The notes under the pieces are model-generated. The model saw only the letters and a list, made by a program, of their open reading frames with translations. It was not told the DNA's origin and ran no database searches. This document shows positions 49,070-60,325 of a DNA stretch of 64,000 nucleotides, one piece after another; the first letter of the stretch is position 1, and each line of letters opens with the position of its first letter. Origin of the DNA: Mobula hypostoma (taxonomy: Eukaryota); NCBI RefSeq assembly GCF_963921235.1, contig NC_086097.1:83206001-83270000 (forward strand). Reading direction: 5' to 3'. A program made the translations under genes and the position numbers.

Positions 49070-52015
49070 CAGATTATCATAATATAGTGAGTGCATTGAG
49101 GTAGAACAAGGTAAAACACCAAAAGAATGCAGAATAAACTGTAACAGCTATGGAGAAAGTGCAATGTAGTTAAGCAAGGTAGCTATAGGGTGCAAGGTGA
49201 TGACAAAATAAATTGAGAGTTCAAGTGTTGATCTTGCCATACTAGTTAATTATAGAATAGTCTTAAAACATTGAGGTGGATGCTGTTCTTGAGCCTGAGC
49301 TGTGAGACCACAGCTTTGCAGTTTCCTGTGATCACATGCAGAGCAGTTACTATATCAAGCATTATGCATCCGGATAGGATACCTTTTTGATAAAAATTGT
49401 TAAGGATCAACTGGAACATGCCAGATTTCTTCAGCTTTCTGAAGTAGTGGCATCACTGAGCTTTCTTGTCGTGACATCTACCTAGTTGGACTAGGACAGG
49501 CTGTTGATCAATCCTAGAAACCTGAAACTGTCAGCCATCTTAACCACACCATTGATGTGGACAAGAGCATGTACACTGCCTCCCTTCCTGGAATTCATGA
49601 CTGGAGTTTGAGACCTGATGTTAGGGTTTTTGTCATTAGTGAGTCTGAGTTTGGGGTTCTCATCCAGGATATTCATTGGCAAGCCTGAAGGTGAATCAAT
49701 TGTCCAAGGGTCAAGACCTGATAGATAAAACCCTGGTTCTGCGAGTCTGTGTATCCACTACAGAAAACAGAGGCCCAATGTCTACAAATATGCAAGTCTG
49801 CTGGAGGCCCTGGGGTGTAATGTCCAGCGGTTATAGGCTGTCTGTATGTGTGCCTCCTTTGTTTTACTGATATGAGGGAAAGGTTGTTGTCATTACACCA
49901 TGTTAGTAAGCTCTCTATCTCCATCCTGTACTCTGACTCATTCCTATTTGAGATCAGTCTACTAGAGTGGTATTATCTGTAAGCTTGTCATGAGTGAGAT
50001 GGTCTAGTGAGATGGAGGAACTGAGGGAAATACATGTTAGTAGGGAAGTGGTGTTAGGTAAATTGAAGGGATTAAAAGCAGATAAATCCCCAGGGCCAGA
50101 TGGTCTGCATCCCAGAGTGCTTAAGGAAGTAGCCCAAGAAATAGTGGATGCGTTAGTGATAATTTTTCAAAACTCTTTAGATTCTGGATTAGTTCCTGAG
50201 GATTGGAGGGTGGCTAATGTAACCCCACTTTTTAAAAAAGGAGGGAGCGAGAAACTGGGGAATTATAGACCGGTAAGCCTGACATCGGTGGTGGGGAAAA
50301 TGCTAGAGTCAGTTATCAAAGATGTGATAACAGCACATTTGGAAAGCGGTGAAATCATCGGACAAAGTCAGCATGGATTTGTGAAAGGAAAATCATGTCT
50401 GACAAATCTCATAGAATTTTTTGAGGATGTAACTAGTAGAGTGGATGGGGAGGACCAGTGGATGTGGTATATTTGGATTTTCAAAAGGCTTTTGACAAGG
50501 TCCCACACAGGAGATTAGTGTGCAAACTTAAAGCACACGGTATTGGGGGTACAGTATTGATGTGGATAGAGAATTGGTTGGCAGACAGGAAGCAAAGAGT
50601 GGGAATAAACGAGACCTTTTCAGAATGGCAGGCAGTGACTAGTGGGGTACCGCAAGGCTCAGTGCTGGGACCCCAGTTGTTTACAATATATATTAATGAC
50701 TCAGACGAGGGAATTAAATGCAGCATCTCCAAGTTTGCAGATGACACGAAGCTGGGCGGCAGTGTTAGCTGTGAGGAGGATGCTAAGAGGATGCAGGGTG
50801 ACTTGGATAGGTTAGGTGAGTGGGCGAATTCATGGCAGATGCAATTTAATGTGGATAAGTGTGAGGTTATCCACTTTGGTGGCAAGAACAGGAAAACAGA
50901 TTATTATCTGAATGGTGGCCGATTAGGAAAAGGGGAGGTGCAACGAGACCTGGGTGTCATTGTACACCAGTCATTGAAAGTGGGCATGCAGGTACAGCAG
51001 GCGGTGAAAAAGGCGAATGGTATGCTGGCATTTATAGCGAGAGGATTCGAGTACAGGAGCAGGGAGGTACTACTGCAGTTGTACAAGGCCTTGGTGAGAC
51101 CACACCTGGAGTATTGTGTACAGTTTTGGTTCCCTAATCTGAGGAAAGACATTCTTGCCATAGAGGGAGTACAAAGAAGGTTCACCAGATTAATTCCTGG
51201 GATGGCAGGACTTTCATGTGATGAAAGACTGGATCGACTAGGATTATACTGTCTGGAATTTAGAAGATGGAGGGAGGATCTTATTGAAATGTATAAAATT
51301 CTAAAGGGATTGGACAGGCTAGATGTAGGAAGTTTGTTCCCGATGTTGGGGAAGTCCAGAACGAGGTGTCACAGTTTGAGGATAAAGGGGAAACCTTTTA
51401 GGACCAAGATGAGGAAAAACTTCTTCACACAGAGTGGTGAATCTGTGGAATTCTCTGCCACAGGAAACAGTTGAGGCCAGTTCATTGGCTATATTTAAGA
51501 GAGAGTTAGATATGGCCCTTGTGGCTAAAGGGATCAGGGGTATGGAGAGAAGGCAGGTACAGGTTTCTGAGTTGGATGATCAGCCATGATCATACTGAAT
51601 GGCGGTGCAGGCTCAAAGGGCCAAATAGCCTACTCCTGCACCTATTTTCTATGTTTCTATGAGTGTACAGGGAGTTGAAGATGTAACCTTGTGGAGCACT
51701 CATGTTTAGAATAATTGTGGAGTAGTTGCAATCTATTCTTATTGTTTGTCATCTATTGTTCAGGAAGTCGAGGATCCAATTGCAGATGGAGGCGTTGACT
51801 CCCAGGGTCTGTAGTTTAGTGATGAGTTTGCTTAGAGTTAGAGGATTAAAGGTGAAGCTAAGATCAATAAACATAGACATAGATGTCTTTACTGTCCAGT
51901 TGTTTCAGAGATGAAAGTAGGACCAGGGAGATGGCATCTGTCATAGATCTGTTTCTGCAAAAGGTGAACTGCAGTTGATCGAGGTCATCTGGAAAGTTGG
52001 AGTTAATGCATACCA
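49070..52015 (-). mobile_element. Decayed Rex1-like LINE split by the CR1 insertion (pieces about 49070-49989 and 51666-52015)
   Basis: EIESLLTWCNDNNLSL; HALVHINGVVKMADSFRFLG; right piece CAGGAAGTCGAGGATCCAATTGCAG matches 15276-15300. Confidence 0.65.
49997..51658 (+). mobile_element. 5'-truncated CR1 LINE (ORF2 RT with frameshifts, intact 3' tail)
   Basis: ORFs 49994-50518 and 50458-51474 (KSPGPDGLHPRVLKE, NYRPVSLTS, LDFQKAFDKV, GVPQGSVLGP, FADD); tail TTCTATGTTTCT; ATGAGTG on both sides as a candidate 7-bp TSD. Confidence 0.93.
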
Positions 52016-53599
52016 TTTGGTGGAACTTTTCTCACTGACATTCTTGCATATCTTTAAAGAGGTGACCAATTAGAGGAATATTATTGCACATTGGACATTA
52101 CAGGTTACATTGTACATTGGAATTTCTAATCCCTCGTCTTTTTCAGAAATATTGATACTGTACACCACAATTGGTTAAGTGCTAAAAATAAGATAAAAGA
52201 TACCTCAGTGCTAGATTTTGTAGAACAACAAGAATAATTCTGGCCTAAGTCCAGTACTAATATTTACTCTCACAAAGCCCAGATCTACATCATACCAAGT
52301 TCAGAGTAAAATCAGAAACCAGGAATAGAGTATAAGGAGAGAATCTGTGTGATCCTGCTGGAGTTCTCACGGCTTCAGATCAGATTAGTTCTGAATATTT
52401 ATAAATAGTCTATAGGGTCCACATCACTTAGTGTTGATACTTAATAGACTTCTGATTTACTTGAATGAAGAACTTCTGTATTCAGTGAGATTTGGGAGAT
52501 AACTTTTCCTGTACTTTGTTGTTTTAAGAAAATGTCATGTTTATCTAACGTATTAGTTACTTATCAAGGAATATTGTGCAGTGGAACAGTGGAATAAATG
52601 AATTGAAATATACTGAATGAAAAGCTATGCACGGTTATATTTTTTTAAAAGCAAAGCTAGTTGGCTTTAGATTAAACCTAAAATCTCTGTTAAACTAAAA
52701 TCTACACATACATATCTATTATATTCACAATTGTAACTCAAATGTTTTAAGCACAGTTTTCTAGTTTTGCTTTGCATTTGAGTGTTGATATATTTCATTG
52801 TCAGGCATGTTTACAGTCAAAGACTGTAGAAAGCTTGAATAAATTCAGAATTAAGTGAGGTTCTGCTCATGTAATAGGAAAAGGCATTAAAATTACATCA
52901 ACCTGATTGGGCCGTGTAGCCTAATTCTGAAGTGGCAGACACCTTTTATCTAAGCTACTTTTTTAATCAAAGCGTTGCCTACATTAACTGCCATAAAACC
53001 TACATCTGTTGGGATATAGAAGTGCTGAAAGGAGCGTTTCATGCTTTGTCATGCTGCGACATTTTATGCATGTGCATTGACATGCTCTTTGGATGCTTTT
53101 CCCCCCAGTTGGATTGAATTATTTTTTTAATGGACTTGTCAATGCAAAGTGATAAAGGATGGGAATAGTCATCAGGAAACTTGTGGACTACGTTAGAGAG
53201 CTCAATAGTTGAACATATCGTTTCCTTTATGTTAGTGTCCTGGGGTACTTGGCGGGCAAATTGTAATCGGAATTATATAGATGGTGAAAGTGCATGGGAG
53301 GGCAGGGGTCATGATAATGAACAGGTAGATGGATCATGGTGGATGGGTGCGTCTGAAGTCAGGTCGTAAGAAACACGAGAGGCAAGGGCATGGAGGGGTA
53401 TCAAGCAAGCAGAAGGCATCAGGCCACCTTTGGTTGGATGAGGTAGGGGATGAGGCATACTGGGCTGTGGTGTTGGATGGGTACTGGTCAGGTAGTGAGT
53501 AGATGCATGGTTAGGCTTTTCAGATAGGGTTTCAGTTTATTGACGACTCAGAAGTCAATTGGGAGTGCATGGAAATATGTTGCTATTGCTTTATTATAT

Positions 53600-53870
53600 G
53601 TACGAAGATATAATGAAAAGACTTTTGTCTGTGTGGCATCCAAGCAGATCATGCCATGCATAAGTACGTCAGGGTAATAAAAGAAAACCAGAATGCAGAA
53701 TGTAGTGTTGAAGCTGCAGAAGAACTTCAGTACAAGTGAATAAGTGGGGTACAAGGGCCACAGTAAGTCAGGTTGGAGATCAAGAATTCAACTTTAGTGT
53801 ATGGGCCGCCCAATCAAGAGTCTGATAGTAGTGGAATAGAAGCTGTCCTTCAGTAGAGTGGTACGTCCTG
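53600..53870 (-). mobile_element. LINE 3' UTR fragment related to the 49070 element
   Basis: AGAATGCAGAAT..AGTGT...AGCTGCAGA...GAAGCTGTCCTT, similar to 49120-49295. Confidence 0.45.
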
Positions 53871-54702
53871 TCAGACATGAATAGAAATAATATACAGCAA
53901 ACAAGAATATCTGGCTCTGAAACTTGCTATTCTTTGTTTTGCCCTTGTAATTGTATAGAACGTGGGGCAAAGCAAAATTTAAAGATTATGTTCAGTTTTG
54001 CAGAATTGTGATTACTGAACTATCAAGATATTCGTTAGATTACTAATTGTAGATTGTGAATCTCTACTACAAAATATTTTGGATGGTCAGTTATTGGGTA
54101 ATGAGGGAATTATTGAAATTGTGTTGCAAAGAAATTCTCCAGTGGACAGTATAACCTTCATAAGTACTTGGTCTCCTCTAGTATTGGATAATCCCAATTT
54201 AAATAGCTCTACAATTGGCAGCTGTGATTTCAGATGCCTATACTCTAAGCTCTGGAATTCTGTTTCTGTACCTTCCAGCCTCTTATTAGGCTCTATTTCA
54301 CTGCTCCCTAAAGCTACCACTTTCACCTAACTTGGCATCCTTCTTCATACCTCTTGATACAGCTTGCTGTTTACCATTTGCTGGTAATGGTTGTGTGGGA
54401 TAATGGTCATGAGATGTTCTACAGCATTGAAGATTCTTCACAAATGGAAGGTGTTATTGTGTCAAAGACCCTGTACAAATGAAAGGTGTCAAGGGGCAGT
54501 TCAGCCTTCACTTTATTCAATGTTGGAGCTGGATGAAAATGTCAAATAGTCTGTTCCACTCCTATGTCTCATTTTGCATTCTGAATATCACCCACAGTCT
54601 GAACTTTGTTGTTAAATTAACTCAGATCAAACACAAAATTACTGCAAAAGCATTACTTAACTGGCCAGGCATTTAAACTTTGAGTTTGAGAAATCTCATT
54701 AA

Positions 54703-54800
54703 GGGTGGCATGGTAACGCAGCAGTTTGCATTGCACTTAATAGCACCAGTGACCCAGATTCAATTCCCACCACTGTCTGTAAGGAGTTTGTACGTTCCTG
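54703..54800 (+). mobile_element. V-SINE head fragment
   Basis: GGGTGGCATGGTAACGCAGC...GACCCAGATTCAATTCCCACCACTGTCTGTAAGGAGTTTGTACGTTC, homologous to the 2271 element. Confidence 0.65.
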
Positions 54801-55773
54801 TTGGAAATCTGCATAGTTTTTAACATCCATGTATTTGGAGTGTAACTTGGGCCACTCTGTATATGTCAGTGGAGATTCTGGCTGTTGCAAAAATGAGAAA
54901 GTCCACATCAGTGCCAAGCCAGAGTTTATAAATAACTACACCCTCTGTTTGAGTTTGACTGAAATACGTCTGGTTTTATTTTTGTTTTACATGATTTTAT
55001 ACTTTAGTTGTTTAGGAAAGCATATTCAGCAGTTCTGTCTATTTATAATTAAGGGGATTTCCTTTTGCCCCATTTGTAATGGAGGGGATTTTTTTTATGT
55101 CCTCTGTACAAGCGTGAGACAACAAGACATTAGGCAATCTTGTGTATCTTTCAGATGAAAGCACGGGTAGTTTTTTGGATATACTTTCTCAAATTTAAAT
55201 TGTGCTTTAGATTTTAAAACAATGATTATATTCCATCGTAAAGCATCAAAATATGTTTGGAAAACATGGCTGCAGATTGCACTAATTATGTTTTAAATAA
55301 TGTGAATGAATGCTATTATTCACCAAAGTTAATACCTAACCATTTCATTGGTCAATTTTGTGTTGAGGACTATTCAGGACAGCTATATTAATACTTCTGC
55401 CACAGCTCAATCTAATTTGGTTTCCGGACATAGCTCTTTCAGGCTTATTTCCTGAAAGACTTCCATAATTCTCACCTCTGACAGAAGCTTCTGTTTCAGG
55501 CATTGCCCACGCTATGAACCCAATAAATGGAACATCTTATGCATGACACCAGCAATATGAGTATGTTTTCAACAGCTGCCTTTCAGATCTATATCTGTTT
55601 GCAGTAAACATTGAGTGAGTGCCACTTTCTATCCCATAAAGCTAAGTGAGAATGCAGCCTTCACAGTAAAGGCATGCACCGATGCCTGTGAACAGAAAGT
55701 ACTCTGAAAGCATATATTTTTGCAAATTAGAAGATAAACTGAGCAGTTCTTTAATTTTTTTTTAAAGAAAAAC

Positions 55774-56859
55774 TTGCTCATCTTATATAAATTCAGTGAC
55801 CCAGCTTCGATCTTGAGCTCTGAAGCAGAGGTTTCTCCATGGCTACATGGGTTTACTCTCATGTTCTAAGGATGACTGGTAGGTTAGATAGATAGATGCT
55901 GTATTGATCCCAAAGGAAGTTAGTGTCGCAGTAGCATTGCAAGTGCACAGATATACACATATTAAAAGAGAAATTAGAAAGTATAAACAACAAGTTACCT
56001 TAAACAGTCTAACAGAAGGGGGTCATCACTTCCCCGGCTATAGGTTGACTCATTATAGAGCCTAATGACCGAGGGTAATAGTGCTCTTTCAAGCAGCACA
56101 GTTGGCTTAGTCAATTACTGAAAGTGCTCCTCTGTTCAGCCAAAGTGGCATGCAGAGGGTGAGAAACCTTGTCCAGAACTACCAGGATTTTTCATAGGGC
56201 GCTTTGTTCTACCACAGCCTCCAGTGTTTCCAGTTGGACTCTGATAACAGAGCCAGCCTTTCTATTCAGTTCATTGAGCCTGTTGGCATCACCTGTGATG
56301 ATGACATTGCACTAGCACACCACCGCACGGAAGATTGTACTGGCAACAACAGACTGGTAGAACATGTGAAGGAGAGGCCTGCATACTCCAAAGGACCTCA
56401 GTCGCCTCAGGAGGTAGAGGTGACTCTGGCCCTTCTAGTACACAGCCTCTGTGTTGGTGCTCCAGTCAAATATGTCATCCAGGTGCAGCCCCAGATTCAC
56501 CACATCCATGTCCTCACCATCAATAGTAACAGGGAGCACTGTAGGCTTAGTCTTCCTAAAGTCCATCACCATTTTCTTTGTCTTACTGATGTTGAGCTGC
56601 AGACGATTCAGCTTGCACCATTTGACCAAGTCCTCCACCAGGGCCTAGTACAGTATTCATTCTCCCGTCCTCCCTTTATACACCCAACGATTGCTGAGTC
56701 ATCAGAGAATTTCTGCAGATGACGTGACTCAGTGTTGTATCTAAAGATTTGCTCACCTTATACAAATTCACTGACCCATCTTCGATCTCGAGCTCACATG
56801 AAAGTTTCTCCATGGCTACATGTGTTTCCTTCCATGTTCTAAAGGCGGCTGGTAAGTTA
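55774..56859. repeat. Direct repeat of about 110 bp (55774-55886 and 56749-56859) flanking the LINE
   Basis: TTGCTCA.CTTATA.AAATTCA.TGACCCA.CTTCGATCT.GAGCTC...GTTTCTCCATGGCTACATG.GTTT...CATGTTCTAA.G..G.CTGGTA.GTTA on both sides. Confidence 0.85.
55887..56748 (-). mobile_element. 5'-truncated Rex1-like LINE
   Basis: WCKLNRLQLNISKTKKMVMDFRK...LHLDDIFDWSTNTEAVY; LQKFSDDSAIVG; (ATCT)n tail. Confidence 0.85.
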
Positions 56860-57812
56860 ATTGGCTACTGTAAGCTACCCATTAATGTAGAATCAAAAGG
56901 CAGCTGACGAACATGTGAAGGAGAATAAATCACAGGGGATCTGGAGAATAAGAGAAGGAGAGAGGGGTAGAACTAATAGGATTTCTCCTCTGCAAACTGG
57001 CATGGACCTGATACACAGAATGCCTTCTTTCTGTGTTGCAATTAGAAACAATATCTAAGTATTAGGTAAGATATTGGTTTGAGTTTATTTGCATGCCCTG
57101 GCAAAAAGAATTTGCTCACTTAAAATATTTTGAAATGTAAAGGACATTTTAAAAATTGGGATTAATATCCTGCCAATCCTCACGTAAGTAGCATGCAGGA
57201 GGCATTGATTTTACTTGGGGGGGGGGGTGCGGAATAAGAATGTAGAAGCCTGAATAAAAGTCTAAAAATACATTTTTTTTCTGGGTGACTTAACATCTTT
57301 CAGAAGATTTTTCATCTTAGTTTCCCTTATCAGGAGTTTTGTTCTGAGAGGGGAGACTTCATCTGCTTGCCTATTTACCTACAGGTGTAGACATGGTCAG
57401 CCGTCTCGATAGCAGGCCCCTCCCAACTACAAACATGCACCTATGATGTTACACTGACCCTCCCTGGCAACCAGCTAGATATTATGTTGGAGGGTCTCCA
57501 ACAGTAGTGGTGCACCGAACGTGTTTTCTGCAGACACTTCCAATTACTCTGATACTGGGAGTTTTCTTCATCACCCTTTTCATGACTTCACAGTCCAGAT
57601 GCTTCATAGCCTCATTCCCCAATGGCCGCAAGAGTGCTTTTTGCACAGTGGTATGTCCCTTTAAGAGGTCTGAGAAAGAATGTGCCTAATGAGTTAATTG
57701 GTGATGACTGGAAGAACTTGCAACACATCGATCTGCAGAGCTGCATTGAACCAACAATATCAATTTTAATAGTGAACGCAGCAGGCCAGGCAGCATCTAT
57801 AGGAAGAGGTAC

Positions 57813-57848
57813 AGTCGACGTTTCGGGCCAAGAACCTTCGTCAGGACT
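57813..57848 (-). ncRNA. Minimal type I hammerhead ribozyme motif (core intact, stem II weakened)
   Basis: AGTC-CTGACGA-AGGTTCTTGGCCC-GAAA-CGTC-GACT. Confidence 0.7.
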
Positions 57849-58594
57849 AACTGAAAGAAGAGATAGTAAAGGATTTGAAAGTGGGAGGGGGAGATCCGAA
57901 ATGATAGGAGAAGACAGGAGGGGGAAGGGATGGAGCCAAGAGGTGGAAAGTTGATTGGCAAAAGGGATATGAAAGGACTATGGGACAGACGGGAGGCCTA
58001 GGGAGAAAGAAAGGGGGAGAGGGGACTCCCAGAGGATGGGCAAGGAGTATAGTGAGAGGGACAGAGGGAGAAAAAGGAGAGAGAGTAAAAAATATATATA
58101 ATAAAAGATAAATAACGATGGGGTACGAAGGAGAGGTGGGGCATTAACGGAAGTTAATCAATGTTTATGCCATCAGGTTGGAGGCTACCCAGACGGAATA
58201 TAAGGTGTTGTTCCTCCAACCTGAATGTGGCTTCATCTTGACAGTAGAGGAGGCTGTGGATAGACATATCAGAATGGGAATGGGACGTGGAATTAAAATT
58301 TGTGGCCACTGGGAGATCCTGCTTTCTCTGGCGGACAGAGCGTAGGTGTTCAGCGAAATGGTCTCCCAGCCTGCATCAGGTCTCGCCAATATATAGAAGG
58401 CCACATCGGGAGCACCGGACGCAGTATATCACCCCAGCCGACTCACAGGTAAAGTGTCACCTCACCTGGAAAGACTGTCTGGGGCCCTGAATGGTGGTGA
58501 GGGAGGAAATGTAAGGGCATGTGTAGCACTTGTTCCGCTTACAAGGATAAGTGCCGGGAGGGAGATCGGTGGGGAGGGATGGGGGGGACGAATG

Positions 58595-59985
58595 GCCCCC
58601 GCCACTTTATTTTCACCATGGATGTTCAGTCCCTATATACCTCCATCCCCCACAAGGAAGGTCTCAAAGCTCTCTGCTTCTTTTTGGTTTCCAGACCTAA
58701 ACAGTTCCCCTCTACCACCACTCTGCTCCATCTAGCGGAATTGGTCCTTACTCTTAATAATTTCTCCTTTGGCTTCTCCCACTTCCTCCAAACTAAAGGT
58801 GTAGCCATAGGCACCTGTATGGGTCCCAGCTATGCCTGCCTTTTTGTTGGCTTTGTGGAACAATCCATGTTCCAAGCCTATACTGGTATCTGTCCCCCAC
58901 TTTTCCTTCGCTACATCGACGACTGCATTGGCGCTGCTTCCTGCACGCATGCTGAGCTTGTTGACTTCATTAACTTTGCCTCCAACTTTTACCCTGCCCT
59001 CAAGTTTATCTGATCCATTTCCCACACCTCCCTCCCCTTTCTTGATCTTTCTATCTCTATCTCTGGAGACAGCTTATCTACTGATGTCTACTATAAGCCT
59101 ACGAACTCTCACAGCTACCTGGACTATTCCTCTTCTCACCCTGTCTCTTGCAAAAATGCCATCCCATTCTCACAATTCCTCCATTTCCGCTGCATCTGCT
59201 CTCAGGATGAGGCTTTTCATTCCAGGACGAAGGAGATGTCCTCCTTTTTTTTAAAGAAAGGGGCTTCCCTTCCTCCACCATCAACTCTGCTCTCAAACGC
59301 ATCTCTCCCATTTCATGCACATCTGCTCTCACCCCATCCTCCCACCACCCCACTTGGAATCGGGTTCCTTTTGTCCTCACCTACCACCCCACCAGCCTCC
59401 GGGTCCAACATATTATTCTCCGTAACTTCCGCCACCTCCAACAGGATCCCACCACTAAGCACATCTTTCCCTCCACCCCACCCCCCCCCTGCTTTCCGCA
59501 GGGATCGCTCCCTAGTCGGCTCCCTTGTCCATTCGGCCCCCCAATCCCTCCCCACTAATCTCCCTCCCGGCACTTATCCTTGTGAGCAGAACAAGTGCTA
59601 CACATGCCCTTACACTTCCTCCCTTACCACCATTCAGCGCCCCAAACAGTCCTTCCAGGTGAGGCAACACTACACCTGTGAGTTGGCTGGGGTGATATAC
59701 TGCATCCAGTGCTCCCGGTGTGGCCTTCTATATGTTGGTGAGACCCAACGCAGACTGGGAGACCATTTCGCTGAACACCTACGCTCTGTCCGCCAGAGAA
59801 AGCAGGATCTCCCAGTGGCCACAAATTTTAATTCCACGTCCCATTCCCATTCTGATATGTCTATCCACAGCCTCCTCTACTGTCAAGATGAAGCCACACT
59901 CAGGTTGGAGGAACAACACCTTATATTCTGTCTGGGTAGCCTCCAACCTGATGGCATGAACATTGACTTCTTTAGCTTCTGTTAA
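58595..59985 (+). pseudogene. Disrupted RT-GIY-YIG ORF of the Penelope-like element
   Basis: ORFs 58519-59013 and 59236-59985. In-frame stop at 59011 (TGA where W is expected) and frameshifts near 59250 and 59480-59540. Confidence 0.85.
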
Positions 59986-60289
59986 TGCCCCACCTCGCCT
60001 TCGTACCCCCATCTGTTACTTATTTATCTCTTATTATTATATATATTTTTTCTCTTTCTCCTTTTTCTCCCTCTGTCCCTCTCACTATACTCCTTGCCCA
60101 TCCTCTGGGCTTCCTGCCTCCCCCTTCCTTGCTCCCTAGGCCTCCTGTCCCATGATCCTCTCATATCCCTTTTGCCAATCACCCGTCCAGCTCTTGGCTC
60201 CATCCCTCCCCCTCCTGTCTTCTCCTATCATTTTGGATCTCCCCCTCCCCCTCCCACCTTCAAATCTCTTACTAGCTCTTCTTTCAGTT

Positions 60290-60325
60290 AGTCCTGACGA
60301 AGGGTCTCGGCCTGAAACGTCGACT
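60290..60325 (+). ncRNA. Minimal type I hammerhead ribozyme motif, intact core
   Basis: Stem I AGTC/GACT, CTGACGA, stem II AGG..CCT, GAAA, palindromic ACGT stem III, GTC cleavage triplet (cut predicted after 60321). Confidence 0.8.

Noticed and set aside
49994..51474. Functional or domesticated reverse transcriptase gene
   Set aside because: 5'-truncated with no endonuclease domain and frameshifted near 50450 and 51430: an ordinary dead CR1 copy.
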